A DNA stretch of 53,929 bases from Octopus sinensis (GCF_006345805.1 NW_021834700.1:1-53929); one strand, 5' to 3'; numbered from the stretch's first letter, positions 25,820 to 38,472 are shown. The notes: a model not told the origin generated them from the sequence alone. Numbers and translations are program-made.

Positions 25820-27224
25820 TATACACAGAAGCTCGCTGAATAAACTGTAGTCTAAAGTAAGCAAAAGTGAAAATAACTTGAAATACTTGAGAGTAAATCT
25901 ATTCGATGAAAATTGCCATTGACTTCAACCACGATCTCCAGACGCTCCTGCGCGGGTTTCTTTTTTATTTGGTGAATGCTGCCATATTCCTAGCCTTCAC
26001 TTCTCCCTTGGTGTCACAAGGAGATTTGTTGATCTCTGACTCAACTACGTTGCACAGATCATAATCAAGGAAGTTTCAGCCTGGGGAGTAAGGGGGCCAG
26101 ATGTTAGGGATGATGTGGTCGCAGAATTTGTTAGTTAGTTAATATGGCTCAAAAGCAAATAGCAAGGCCATGTAGGGGGACATGGAGTTAAGTACAGGGT
26201 GGTGGTCATGTAAAGAGTTCAGGCCATCCCTGGTCAAGGGAGGCTTTGAACAAAGCGGTCGTCGGCATCTTCACTATCTCGTCTGGCAGCTTGTTCCACG
26301 GATCCGCAACCGGACGGAGAAAGCTCCTCTCCTTCGATTGAGATGAAATCGTCGCAGGTAGAGCTTTTCGGAATGACCCCGCAGCCGACGCTCTGGAGCA
26401 GGAGTGAAGAACAGCTCTTTCGAGAGGTTACACTTTCCGCTTATGATGGTGTGGGCGTTTTTCTAGAGAATAAAGGTCGAGCGTCCTCAGCCTTTCTTCA
26501 TAGGACAAATTTTTGAGACCAACAACCATGCGGGTAGCCAGCTTCTGGACTCTTTCGAGATGATGTATGTCTTTGAGGAGATAAGGAGAAGAGGCTTGAA
26601 TCCCGTACTCCAATATGGGTCTCACCAGCGTGACATAGAGTGGTAGGAATATGGCTGCTGTGAGCAGTCCGAATGACCGTCGAATCAAGAACAGAATTCC
26701 GCGTGCTTTGTTGGCAGCATGGACGCACTGGGCCGAAGTCTGATAGCCATCACTGGTTCTCCTACTTGTGTGGCATGGTGCAGATTCCTGTTGCCAAGCA
26801 TAGGATCTTCCAGCAGCCACCCTCTTTATCCAAACCAGCACTAACTCCTTCTGGCACATGATGTAGGCCACCACGTTGAGACTGAGGCCGTGTTAGAATT
26901 TGAATGGACGCATAACGTGACCATCACTAGTGATCACTCCAAATACCATGATGTTTTCTGGATCTTTGATATATATTGCTCTCGGTACTAGCTCCCAGAT
27001 AGATACCCAGTTTCTCTGAAATGTTTGTATTGGGGTTCACAGTGCAAATACGAAGCAATACAGGATGTCGTTTCCAAATTTGTGGCTGCTGTTTTTCTCA
27101 AAGACGGTACCAAATTGATTCTACTATACTGTGAAGTTGACAAAATGAAACCCCACCCCCGATAAAATGCGCATGCACACAATTAAAAATGTAGAACGGT
27201 AGAGGTTTATCCATCGCACCTGTA
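25820..27224 (-). mobile_element. Decayed Tc1/mariner transposon of the DD37D (maT) type, internally deleted and split by a LINE
   Basis: Reads NIMVFGVITSDGHVMRPF...WIKRVAAGRSYAWQQESAPCHTSRRT..WLSD [LINE] FCDHIIPNIWPPYSPG*NFLDY...RRRLEIVVEVNG. Catalytic spacing fits DD37D. A TIR-like TACAGGTGCGATGGATAAA lies at about 27206-27224; the other end is not clearly recognisable. Confidence 0.85.
26130..26732 (-). mobile_element. 5'-truncated CR1/L2-group LINE inserted in the transposase
   Basis: HAANKARGILFLIRRSF...LYVTLVRPILEYGIQASSPYLLKDIHHLERVQKLATRMVVGLKNLSYEERLRTLDLYSLEKR; same family as 10537 and 34121. Confidence 0.92.
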
Positions 27225-27469
27225 TATATGGAGTTACATGCATGATCTTAGATAGGTAGGTGTAGAAAAAGACATGTATATATAAAAGCACACACGAACG
27301 CGCGTAAACACACCACATACACTAATATACATATTGCACACGCAAATACATGCGCTCCACCACATACACACATACTATGCATATATATATATATATTATT
27401 AATTTTTATATATATCTATATATCTATACCTATATCTATCTATATATATCTATCTATCGATCTATATAT

Positions 27470-27527
<58 letters not shown>

Positions 27528-28095
27528 TATATAGATAAGTTTGGAATACATCCGCAATTCGAGAAGCGTATACAAAATGTGATGTAGATGAAAATCTTCA
27601 ATTCTAAATAAACTTAATATTTGTATACATGGAGCAGTCATTTACTACTTCCAATAAATATCTTTCAATATAGAATATTGTCCCCTTTTCTCTCTCTCAT
27701 TTTCCCTCTCTCTCTCTCTCTTTCTTTCTCTTTCGTTTCCCTTTTCTTAAACATGCGTAAAATGCACCTGCACGCATATACACTCACGTTCCTACAATCA
27801 CACACACAAACACACGCCTGTGCATACCGCTATTGTGCCAAAAGAGACCTGGAAAAGTTGGATTGAAGATGTGCAAATTTCCTGGCATATATCAAATATT
27901 AATACACCGAGTTAGTCCATTTCCTTCGTTTAACACCTGTCAGAATATTCTTCGAGCTTGTTACCTTACATTTTTTTTTTTCCTTTCTGCGACTCTTGGA
28001 ATTATTAACTTCCTCAAAGGGTACACCATTATTACTCATTCAATATACAATATACATACACATATATATTTATGCATATATGGACGAATATAGAC

Positions 28096-28227
<132 letters not shown>

Positions 28228-28570
28228 ATATACTAAGTAGATATATTTATGTTGCAATGTAGATAAATGCCTGTGTACATCAATATTTAGATGCTTGTGA
28301 ATACGTACATATACATACATATATACATATATATATATATAGGCTTTTTATTTTAAACTCCTAGAACACATGTTTCTGAAATATTCAATATATATCAGCA
28401 CAAAGAAAGGGAAGCCTAATGTAGGTTTACAAGCAAGTGAACAAATTGAAGAAAATTCTAGATAAATCTATTTACATCAACCAAAATATACAAACATATA
28501 TATATACAGAAACATATACAGACGTAGATATATAAATCCATGCAAATTTCATAAAGATACATATCTACAA

Positions 28571-28620
<50 letters not shown>

Positions 28621-28628
28621 ATTCATGT

Positions 28629-29070
28629 AGGCGTTTCTCTGCTAAGAAGAATGCTCGCCAACAACGCAGTTTCTGGTTCAATCTTAGTCCGTGGCGCCTG
28701 GGACGAGTTTAATTAACTATATCCCTGGGCAAACTAAGGCATTTTTGAGCGAATTTATTGGAGGAAACTGAAAGAATCCAGTCGTATATATATGTGTGTG
28801 TGTGTGTGTGCATATATGTGTGTGTATGTGTGTACGTGTGTGAGCACGTGCGTTTGTGTGTTTCTGTTTCTCTTTTCCTCCGCCACTGCCTTAAAACACC
28901 TGTTATGTGTATGTCCCCATAAGTTAGGGGTTCGGCAAAACTGGTCGATAGTATAAGTACAATGCTTCAAAAGAATCAAATACCAGATTCAACTAAAATT
29001 CGTTCGTCTCAAACCTGTCAGCGCAGTAACCCAGCATGGCCGCAGTCCTATGACTGCAACACATAAAAGA
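28629..29070 (+). mobile_element. Old SINE family A
   Basis: GGAAACTGAAAGAA...GGTTCGGCAAAA...CCCAGCATGGCCGCAGTCCTATGACTG. Confidence 0.7.
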
Positions 29071-29316
29071 TAATTCATAAGATCATACATACATATATAT
29101 ATAAGCAATAATAAATCTCTGAATGAGGTATAAACAGTAGCTGCACAACAATGTGAAGTATATTTGCCACTTAAATGTGGCTAACCACTAAGGGTGGATG
29201 CTACTGTAGCTTGTAGCCCCAGGAGAACATCTTCTCCAGCTGGCTATTGACACACTATTTGTGCCCCATCACTATTTGCAAAGGGAAGCCATCCTTCCCA
29301 TCTTCAACCTATGATA

Positions 29317-29361
29317 CACACGGACTCGAGTTTCTGGGTATTGACCCGTCATCAGCGTGTG
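29317..29361 (-). ncRNA. Minimal type I hammerhead ribozyme, intact core, palindromic stem III
   Basis: CACACG-CTGATGA-c-GGGT caat ACCC-a-GAA-ACTCGAGT-C-CGTGTG. Stem I is a perfect 6 bp; GUC cleavage between 29323 and 29322. C-A mismatch at position 10.1-11.1. Confidence 0.8.
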
Positions 29362-29378
29362 ACAATATGTGTGCTCTA

Positions 29379-29418
<40 letters not shown>

Positions 29419-29725
29419 TGAGAATATACAAAAGAGGGACAGACCGGCTTCCTCTTCGTGTGGGGGACTATATGCGCTATAAAACTTTTAAGATGGTGCT
29501 CCAGCATAGCCGCAGTCAAATGACTTAAGCCAAAGATTGAAAGAATATATGCACTGACGTAAGTGCATCCACACAGTGATTAATCTACAGAAAGAATTTC
29601 AACTGCAGCCTTTAGTTTAAACCCGTGTTGCAGCACAACCAGTTCGAACCTATGACCTTGTTGCCTTGAGAAGTTTGTAGTCACTGGGTCTCACAGACTG
29701 CGACGGCGGCAAACATTTATTCACA

Positions 29726-29733
29726 CCACACAT

Positions 29734-29775
<42 letters not shown>

Positions 29776-30123
29776 CACACACACACACATACACACACAC
29801 ATACACACACACATACACACACACGCACACACACACACACACACACGCACACACACACACACACACACGCACACACATACACACACATACACACACGCAA
29901 ATACACACACACATACACACACACACATACACACACATACACACACACGCACACACACACACACCACACACACACACACACATACACACACACGCACACA
30001 CACACATACACACACACACATACACACACACACATACACACACATACACACACACGCACACACACATACACACACACACATACACACACATACACACACG
30101 CAAATACACATACACACACACAC
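29726..30123. repeat. About 400-bp interrupted (CA)n microsatellite
   Basis: Direct reading. Confidence 0.95.
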
Positions 30124-31407
30124 AAGCATTTACGTATATGTTGCATACGTATGTGTGGGGATATATTCATGTGCTTGTGTGTATGCGTATGTGCGTGTGT
30201 GAATGTGTGTGTGTGCTTGCTTGTAAATACGGGTTTGTATATGTATTCACTCTGGTTTATGTATGCGTGTAATTGCGTGTCCGCGAATCCTTGCACACAT
30301 GCGTGTGGAACTAGTCATGCAGTGAACGTGACCGAAGAATATGTCTTAGAAAAATCGGAGGAACTTTTCGAATTCATGTATCCAGCATGCTATATATGTG
30401 TCTCATTATCTGCCTCTGAATGCATGTATGTATGTATTTATGTATGTATGTATATGTATGTATGTATGTATGTATATATATATATATATATAATATATAT
30501 ATATATATATGTATGTATGTATATATGTATATATATATATATAGGTATGTATGCATGTGTATGTGTGTGCATTTATGTATGCATGTATATGTGTGTTTGT
30601 GTATGCATTTAAGTCTATATATGCAAAAATGAAGATGGCTTCTTCTCTCATGCATATCGTGTTGGAAACGTGACTGCATAGCAGTTTTTTTTTCTTTTAA
30701 TCTTTACGCTCAGCTTTTCAAGTTTTCAGATCTAATTTTTTATCGTAGCCTCGAAACTGTGTAATAACTTTACAAAGTTGAACCATACACATGTATTTCA
30801 GAAGCGTATAACAACATTCTAAATTGCTTCGAGCGAAGTTGCGTTAAACCGTGTTTCCGCTTTAAAACAGAAAACACGCGTCGAAAATGTGTTTTATAAA
30901 AGTATAATCCGTGACAATTCTTCGGAATAAATTATGGACATATTTCTGAGATGAAGAAATTATATATGACATTTTGTCCCCCTTGAAATAATAGCCGAAC
31001 TCTCAAAAATCTCACAGTTTTTCTTGAAATAAAAGAGACCATCGTTAAGATAGCTCCATGATTATGAAGATTGCTTCACAACCACGTTTTTGGGGTTTGG
31101 GCGAGGGTTTTCCACTATAAACCCTGGTTGGAAAATATCTTTTAGATATACTTGGTAGACACAAACTGTGTGGACACGCGTCATATAGTGTGAATTTTCT
31201 GTTTGTGATTGTCGCCATCCACCAGTTGAGAAACACTGTTTGTTTGTTTACGTCCACATAGCCTAGAGGTGGGACAAAAGATTCCAATATAAGAAATAGC
31301 AAACTTAGAATTAATTAAATGCGGTCCATTCTTTCGACTAAATACTTCGGAACAGCACGGCCACCTTCTGGTGACTGAAAGAAGTAAAATAAGATGAACT
31401 ATAAAGA

Positions 31408-31812
31408 GCAGGCGTGGTTGTGTGGTCAAGAAGCTTTGCTTCCCAACCACATGGTTCCGGGTTCAGTCCCACTGTATGGTACCTTGGGAAAGTGTCTTCT
31501 AATATATCCTCGGGCCAACCAACGTCTTGAGAGTGAATTTGGTAGACGGAAACTGAAAGAGGCCTGTCGTATATATATAGGAGTATATATATTTATGTGT
31601 GCGTCTTTGTGTCTGTGTTTGTCCACTCACGCATCGCTTGACAACCGAAGTTGGTGTGTTTACGTCCCCGTAAATTAGTGGTTCGGTAAAAGACCGATAG
31701 AGTAAGCACTGACTTACAAAGAATGTATCCTGGGGTCGATTTCTTCGACTAAAAAGCGGTGCTCCATCATTGCCACAGTCAAATAACTGAAACATGTAAA
31801 GGAATAAAAGAA
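31408..31812 (+). mobile_element. SINE family A, full length
   Basis: Homologous to 1580-1986. Confidence 0.9.
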
Positions 31813-32109
31813 TGTATATACAAAAATGATTCCAGAGCCATATTCGAAAATCGTGGACTGGACGGATACCTAAGGAGGGCTGGATTATGGCAAAACAACC
31901 AAAACTACAGCAAGGTTTTGTGTTTCTTTTTCCTAGAGTATTTGCCAAATAATCTCCAATGGGGCAAGACTAGCCCTTTCCCCTGTACAGCATACAACTA
32001 AATACTAAAACGATATGACAGGCATCTATAAACATAATATTTAGGTAGATGATGTCTGACTGTCCTTCTCATGCGGAACAAGATGGTTTCTAATTAAGGA
32101 ACATAAGTG

Positions 32110-32527
32110 GATGATTGTCTTGGGTGTGTGGTTGAGAAACTTCGGTTTATTTCTACTGTGCAACACCTCGGGCACATGTCTTCTGCTATGGTTCCTGGCT
32201 GACCAAAGAAATTCGTCGTATATATGTATATATATATATATATATATAGGAAAAAAGCAACAAGAATGGATTAAAATCTCGGTACAATTGTTTCGTACGA
32301 GGACATCTTTAATAAGCTACAAAAAATGCAGTAAATACAGATGGCTCGTACTCGTCAGCCGAAAAAACATCAGAGAATTCCCAAACATCAAAAGGGGTAG
32401 ATACAAAAGAGGGTGTAAGATTAACTGCATTGAAGAAAGTTCGATTCCTGGAGATCCGATGAAAGGTCTTAAACTTACAGAGTTTGTGCATGTCTATATA
32501 TAGCTCATATTGAATTGCTAATCAAGT

Positions 32528-32567
<40 letters not shown>

Positions 32568-32835
32568 TGGATAGATATACTATATGTGTGTGAATGTGTG
32601 TATTTGTATATGTGTGAGTGTGCGTTTATGTGTGCATGAGTGTATGTATGTATATATGTATGTATTTGTGTTTGTCGTTTGTTCCGTGTTTGTCAGCGAT
32701 GCTCATCTGGCACCCGTAACTTACACGTTCGGCAAAAGTGCCCAGTACAATAAGTAACAGACTCGAAAAAATATGGACGGGTGCCGATTTGTTAGAATAA
32801 TTCTTTCAAGACTGTCCCCATTATGGCTGCATAAT
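32110..32835 (+). mobile_element. Old SINE A (32110-32220 and 32690-32835) with a PLE-like fragment (about 32250-32500) inside its TA tract
   Basis: The SINE head and tail are recognisable on either side of unrelated sequence that carries an HHR. Confidence 0.6.
32277..32364 (-). ncRNA. Type I hammerhead ribozyme, fully canonical core, 57-nt stem II, palindromic stem III
   Basis: TTTCGG-CTGACGA-GTACGAG(c catct...ctgca/tgtag...agatg tc)CTCGTAC-GAA-ACAATTGT-A-CCGAGA. G10.1-C11.1 pair present; GUA cleavage after 32283. Confidence 0.85.
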
Positions 32836-33150
32836 TACATCCATACATATATGCGCCCACATGCATACATAGTGTAATTGGCGTTAAAAACCCCGTAATG
32901 TTCATTTTTACCCGAATTATATTAAATAAATAAGACTACCAATATTTAAATAAGGAATTAAATCGCTATCGGAGCGATGCCTAAAGATGGAAAAGACTAC
33001 ACTGAATGCCTCACTCAAAGACGAAGAAGAGAATACCTAAAAGAGCTCACGAAATACAAGAAATTTATTCATACTTAGAATGAAGCGGAAACCATACTCC
33101 TTTCATAACAAAATGGATAAGAACGATAGTAATAAATTTAAAGAAAAATA

Positions 33151-33258
33151 TTACGAGGGAATTCACGTCACGAAGAAACCCAGAACCAAACAGGCTTCTT
33201 GCAGTATTTTAGAAAGAATTATGCAATACTGAACACCATGATATCCTCCATCCTCGTG
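33151..33258. repeat. Copy 1 of a duplicated about 100-bp segment (copy 2 at 35720-35817)
   Basis: TTACGAGGGAATTCACGTCACGAAGAAACCCAGA...CCATGATATCCTCCATCCTCGTG is shared. Confidence 0.9.
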
Positions 33259-34120
33259 TTATATATATACATATATATATACATGCATATATGTGTGTGT
33301 GCGCGTGTATGTGTGTTCGTGTATGTATCTCGAAAACAGTGGAAGTGGAAACTATGAACAACCGCCATCACTGTTTAACACAATACATGGTTTCAACCAG
33401 ATGTGAATCGATTAGTAAATATGTTAATTTTATTTGTTTTGTGCTTTTTGATTTCTGTAGACTAAATTGATGATAATCATTACCGTTGCTGTTATTGTTG
33501 GTGTTGTTGTTGTTGTTCTAACTGTTGTTTACAGTCGAATACATTCGGAGTTAATTGCATTAATTAATGAAGTATAATTCAATTATCTGCAATAATCGTA
33601 TTAATGAGGAAGTGAGAATAGGAAATGAAACAGCTATAACTAGAACTGCACAAGATTGTCCTGTACAGTCGACTTCATTATATTAAATCAGTCCAAATGC
33701 ATACAATTTCTTAGCTCAGAATTATTGTGTTCAATCTCTCTGGTATTGATTCGTTATTGATTAATACATTTACATATTTTTCTTTACTGTTATTATCATT
33801 TTCTTTTTTAAATTGTAAAGAGCCGTTTTAATGTTGTACCCGACTGAATCAACGCGTAGACGTGTTTAAGATGGTCGCTGTGTAATTATACTGCTCTCGT
33901 GTTCGAAGGCTTTGCTGGGCAACTCAGACAAGTTTCTTCTCTCTAACATTGCCTTCATTGCTGACCAAAGTTTTGCAAGTGAAAATTTGAGGCAGGCATG
34001 TCTATTGTGTAGAACAGCAGTTATCCAACTGGGTGGGACGAGCAGTAGTTTTTACGTGGCAGAGATACATACTCTCATTCGAAGGTGGAACTTTGCTATT
34101 GAGAGAAGCGGCGACTATGT

Positions 34121-34585
34121 TGAGTTAAGTCAAGTTAATTTTTTGGCTCAAAAAGCAAAAAGCAAGGCCATGTAGGAGGAGATGGAGTCATGTACAGGGA
34201 GGGTGTTCATGCAAAGAGTTCAGGCCATTTCTGGTCAAGAGATACTTTGAACCGAGCGGTCGTCGGCATCTTCACTATCTCGTCCGACAGCTTATTCCAC
34301 GGATCCGCAACCCGGACGGAGAATGCCCTTCTCCTTTGACTGAGATGAAATCGTTGCAGATAGAGCTTTTCGGAGTGACCCCGCAGCCAACGCTCTGGAG
34401 CAGGAGTGAAGAACAGCTCTTTCGAAAGGTTACACTTTCCGCTTATGATGTGAGCAAGAATGAGATCACCACGGCGTCGTCGTTTTCCTAGAGAATAAAG
34501 GTCGAGCGTCTTCAGCCTTTCTTCATAAGACGAATGCTTGAGACCAAGAACTATTCGGGTAGCCAGCTCCTGGACTCTTTCGAGA
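34121..34585 (-). mobile_element. 5'-truncated CR1/L2-group LINE 3' end
   Basis: LERVQELATR...SYEERLKTLDLYSLGKRRRRGDLILAH...FSVRVADPWNKL...SLDQKWPELFA followed by a (TTAAC)n tail. Confidence 0.92.
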
Positions 34586-34800
34586 AGTAGGAATGTGATC
34601 CACAGAGGACAAGCTTCGTTGTCATGTATGATACATGTTCCTGTATTGGTAATTATATCTGTCCTAAACAAAATGGCATTACGTATGATGGACTCTTGGT
34701 TGTCCATCATATGATTTTGCTGTTAAAATGTATGTGCATTAATGTTATACTTCCACATGCATGAAATACTAAAAATATTTTTATAAAATTCCTAACTGCA

Positions 34801-35280
34801 CCAACTTCACGGCAGGAGGTGCAGATGAGGGCAGCTGCATCGAACTCTCTCATGCACCAAATGGCAAATGCTAAACAGCATTCGTGAAGTAAAATCATGT
34901 AGCAACACCAAATGGCGGTGCCCCAGCATGGCCACAGCTCGTGAGCTGATGAACCAACTTCACGGCAGCAGGTGCAGATGAGGGCAGCTGCATCGAACTC
35001 TCTCATGCACCAAATGGCAATTGCTAAAAAGCATTCGTGAAGTAAAATCATGTAGCAACACCAAATGGCGGTGCCCCAGCATGGCCACAGCTCGTGAGCT
35101 GATGAACCAACTTCACGGCAGGAGGTGCAGATGAGGGCAGCTGCGTCGAACTCTCTCATGCACCAAATGGCAAATGCTAAACAGCATTCGTGAAGTAAAA
35201 TCATGTAGCAACACCAAATGGCGGTGCGCCAGCATGGCCACAGCTCGTGAGCTGAAACTAGATAAAATAAATAATAAATA
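34801..35280 (+). repeat. 153-bp tandem repeat, about 3 units, each ending in a retroposon-type 3' end
   Basis: CCAACTTCACGG starts at 34801, 34954 and 35107. Units end GGCGGTGCCCCAGCATGGCCACAGCTCGTGAGCTGA; the last continues into AACTAGATAAAATAAATAAT. Confidence 0.95.
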
Positions 35281-35719
35281 ATAATAATATTTAATTATAT
35301 AATATAGTACGATTGTTTCTATATACAGCGAATGGGCATGGAGGTCAAATACAGTGCAATAGAAATCAAAGGAGCCCATAGGTAAAAATATTTGAGTACC
35401 ACTGGTGTAGAAGGAAATAAGAGAGAATGTTCCAGGATTTTGGGGAATGGTCCTTAACTAAATTCACCCGATTTAACTCAATACCCGCTACCACTAAGAT
35501 CATCTATTGGTTGTGGACTTGAGGGAGAGTCCATTGAATGACATTAATTTTTTACTCCTAAGAAAATTTTCTGTTTCCCAGTTACTCATGGTGTCCAGAA
35601 GCAAAACAGTAAATGCTATGGATACGGCCCTTACGCTTAGTAAAAGAAAAACAAAGCAAAAACATTAAAAAAACTTGAACTAAGGACAGTATATTTCTGC
35701 TACGTATTTTAACGAAATC

Positions 35720-35814
35720 TTACGAGGGAATTCACGTCACGAAGAAACCCAGACCGAAACATGCTTCTTGCACCATTTTCGAAAGCATATGAAACCATGA
35801 TATCCTCCATCCTC

Positions 35815-35817
<3 letters not shown>
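35720..35817. repeat. Copy 2 of the duplicated segment; exon-like on the minus strand
   Basis: Minus strand gives ATG + 29 codons (MEDIMVSYAFENGARSMFRSGFLRDVNSL) then GTAAGA. Confidence 0.85.
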
Positions 35818-35889
<72 letters not shown>

Positions 35890-36549
35890 CGTGTGTCTGT
35901 GTTTGTATGTGTGATGCGACCTCTTCGAGGTTCCTCTTTGGTTCATAGAGACCATGTTATGTGCATTGTACAAAATCTTAAATTTTCACAGGCCCTTTTT
36001 GTTGAATAGATGAAGTTAAGTATAGCAAATATTTTTTACCTTCTTATGTACACATACCTACGATATATGGGTAGGTTCAATCAGTAGGTAGAACGGATAT
36101 TTTCTATTTTCTTTTTTTTTTCTTATACAGACAGATTTATGTTACAAAAAGTCCCTATCAGTAGGTAGATATAATAATTTTTAGCTTCCTATAAATGCAA
36201 CTGTGGGTTACAACACCAACAGTCACCACTCAAATCTCTCACACCTAAGGTGAATAACTAATGTGCGAGGAGTTCGCATCTTCTTCATGTAAAAGGGAAA
36301 TACAACAAAAACCTCGATAGATAAGGTACATCTCAAGTGCCGACTCGTGTGCTGTAGAACTTGTGACAGAAATTAAGATAAACAGAGAGAATGTAGTCAG
36401 CATCTCACGTTCACAGTTCATTATGGTCTTATAATTTTCATGTTGTTCTGGAGAACCGCTGCCTAGAATGAAATAACATGGCATTGATAAGAAGGGAGAC
36501 TGACTCAGTTAAACATCGAAGTTGCTGGTTAGAAGATTCTGTCTATCTT

Positions 36550-36625
<76 letters not shown>

Positions 36626-36669
36626 ACTAACTAACTATCAGTCTGTCTCTATGTCTGTCTATCTGTCTG

Positions 36670-36717
<48 letters not shown>

Positions 36718-36753
36718 ACTAACTATCTGTCTGTCTGTCTGTCTGTCTATCTG

Positions 36754-36802
<49 letters not shown>

Positions 36803-37504
36803 GTATGTATCTATCTATCTATTTATCTATCTATCTATCTTCATGCACGCCTACATACATGTATGGACACATACATGCATACATAGAAACCTGTGTGTAT
36901 GTGCGTGTGCGTCTATGTGTGTGCACGCGCATATGTATGTGTGCTTGTGTGTCGAGCGTTAATATGATAATGCAAATGAACGAAATAAAAGTCAATTAAT
37001 GACAGGACCGGGAAAAAATTAATTTAATTGGGACCACAAGAATCGAGCTGTCATTGAAGCAAAAATGGCTGATGAAGTATTCAAATGTATTTAAGTGAAA
37101 TGAAACTAGATGCATTCACCGACTTAAAGAATACATATAAATGTGTGAGTTTCTCTGTGTGTGTTCGTGTTTGTCTGTATATACACACACGTGAATTCTA
37201 TATATACATATATATATATATATATATACATTACACACTTACACACACTCGCCGCCCCCTATATGTATATGTCAAGATACGTGAACTACTGATTAGGGTG
37301 TTCCATATTCGAGCATGAGATCGTGGTTTCGATTCCCTGACAAGAGGTGCATCATTTTATTCTTGGGTATAATTTGTTTTATTTCCCGTTGCTGCAGTCC
37401 ACTCAGCTGTAAATGTGTCACCCTGAACCTGACTGACGTCTCGTTCACGACAGATCGTTAATCTCCCCGCCTAGCCAAGGGTTTGACAACACTTCATATA
37501 TATA

Positions 37505-37539
<35 letters not shown>

Positions 37540-38252
37540 GGTTAATCCAAACATGAAAGCACAAAAAGACACAACAACGCGAGGACGTGGAACAAATATA
37601 GTATTATATAGTAAATATATATATATATATATTATATATAATATATATATATAATATATATATATATATATTTAAGTTTAAGTGGCTCACAAAAAATATT
37701 TATGACGTTCTTCATGGGCAATGCTGATGACAGACCTCTAGTGTGATTTGAACACTGAAATATTAGGACTAGAAAATTTTAGTAAAGCAGGTAATAAACC
37801 TAACACAATATGCTTTCCTTTTCACTAAGATCAGGTTCTTTATACTTGACCGTTTGTATTACTTCTATGAAGTCGTACAAAGTAGAAGAACGAAGCTATT
37901 TGTATTCATTCGTAGGTCACAGCAGTAAATGTAAAGAATTGAATGACACGCTTCGTCGAAAGCCTCCTCTCTAAATTAACGTTGGTTTCGACATTTGGCA
38001 TAGGGCCAGCAGGTTTGGCTGGGGTCAATATAACCAGCAGGTTATATCGACCCCAGTGCTTGGCTAATAATTATTTTATCGACGTCAAAATATGAAAAGC
38101 AAGGCTGACCTGAACTAATTATATAAAACTGGGCGAAATACCACTTAGTGCCTGTCCGGAAAGATAATTATCTAAACCTTGAATCTATAGCCTCGTTGAC
38201 CAAATTTGAATTTAATTGTGATAAATAAATGAATGGCAATATTCCTTCCAGA

Positions 38253-38472
38253 AAGGCGGCGAGCTAGCAAAAACGTTAGCACACCGGGCGAAATGTTTAG
38301 CGGCATTTCGTTTGTCTTTGCGTTCTGAGTTCAAATTTCGCCGAGGTCGACTTTGCCTTTCATCCTTTCGGGGTTGATAAATTAAGTACCAGTGAAACAC
38401 TGGGGATGATCTAATCGACTGCCCCTCTCTCTCCAAATTTCGAGCCTTGTGCCTAGAGTAGAAAAGAATATT
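38253..38472 (+). mobile_element. SINE family B, full length
   Basis: Consensus-like copy. Confidence 0.9.

Noticed and set aside
31045-31290. Minus ORF after a good acceptor (YVDVNKQTVF...)
   Set aside because: It contains CAGTGTTTCTCAAC, which resembles a hAT-type terminus (similar at 50190). More likely a transposon relic, but too short to annotate.
33870-34120. About 80-codon open frame with an open antisense frame
   Set aside because: No splice signals or recognisable domain, and it reads into a LINE tail.
34940-35010. CTGATGA / CAGATGA...GAAC in the 153-bp unit as a retrozyme HHR
   Set aside because: No GAAA core, no stem III, and stem II does not close properly.
36245-36484. Signal-peptide-like MLTTFSLFILISVTSSTA on the minus strand
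   Set aside because: Only weak donors follow and there is no supporting downstream exon; a hydrophobic run is expected by chance in AT-rich DNA.
37720-37770. CTGATGA...GAAATATTA
   Set aside because: No stem I pairing, and stem II does not close.
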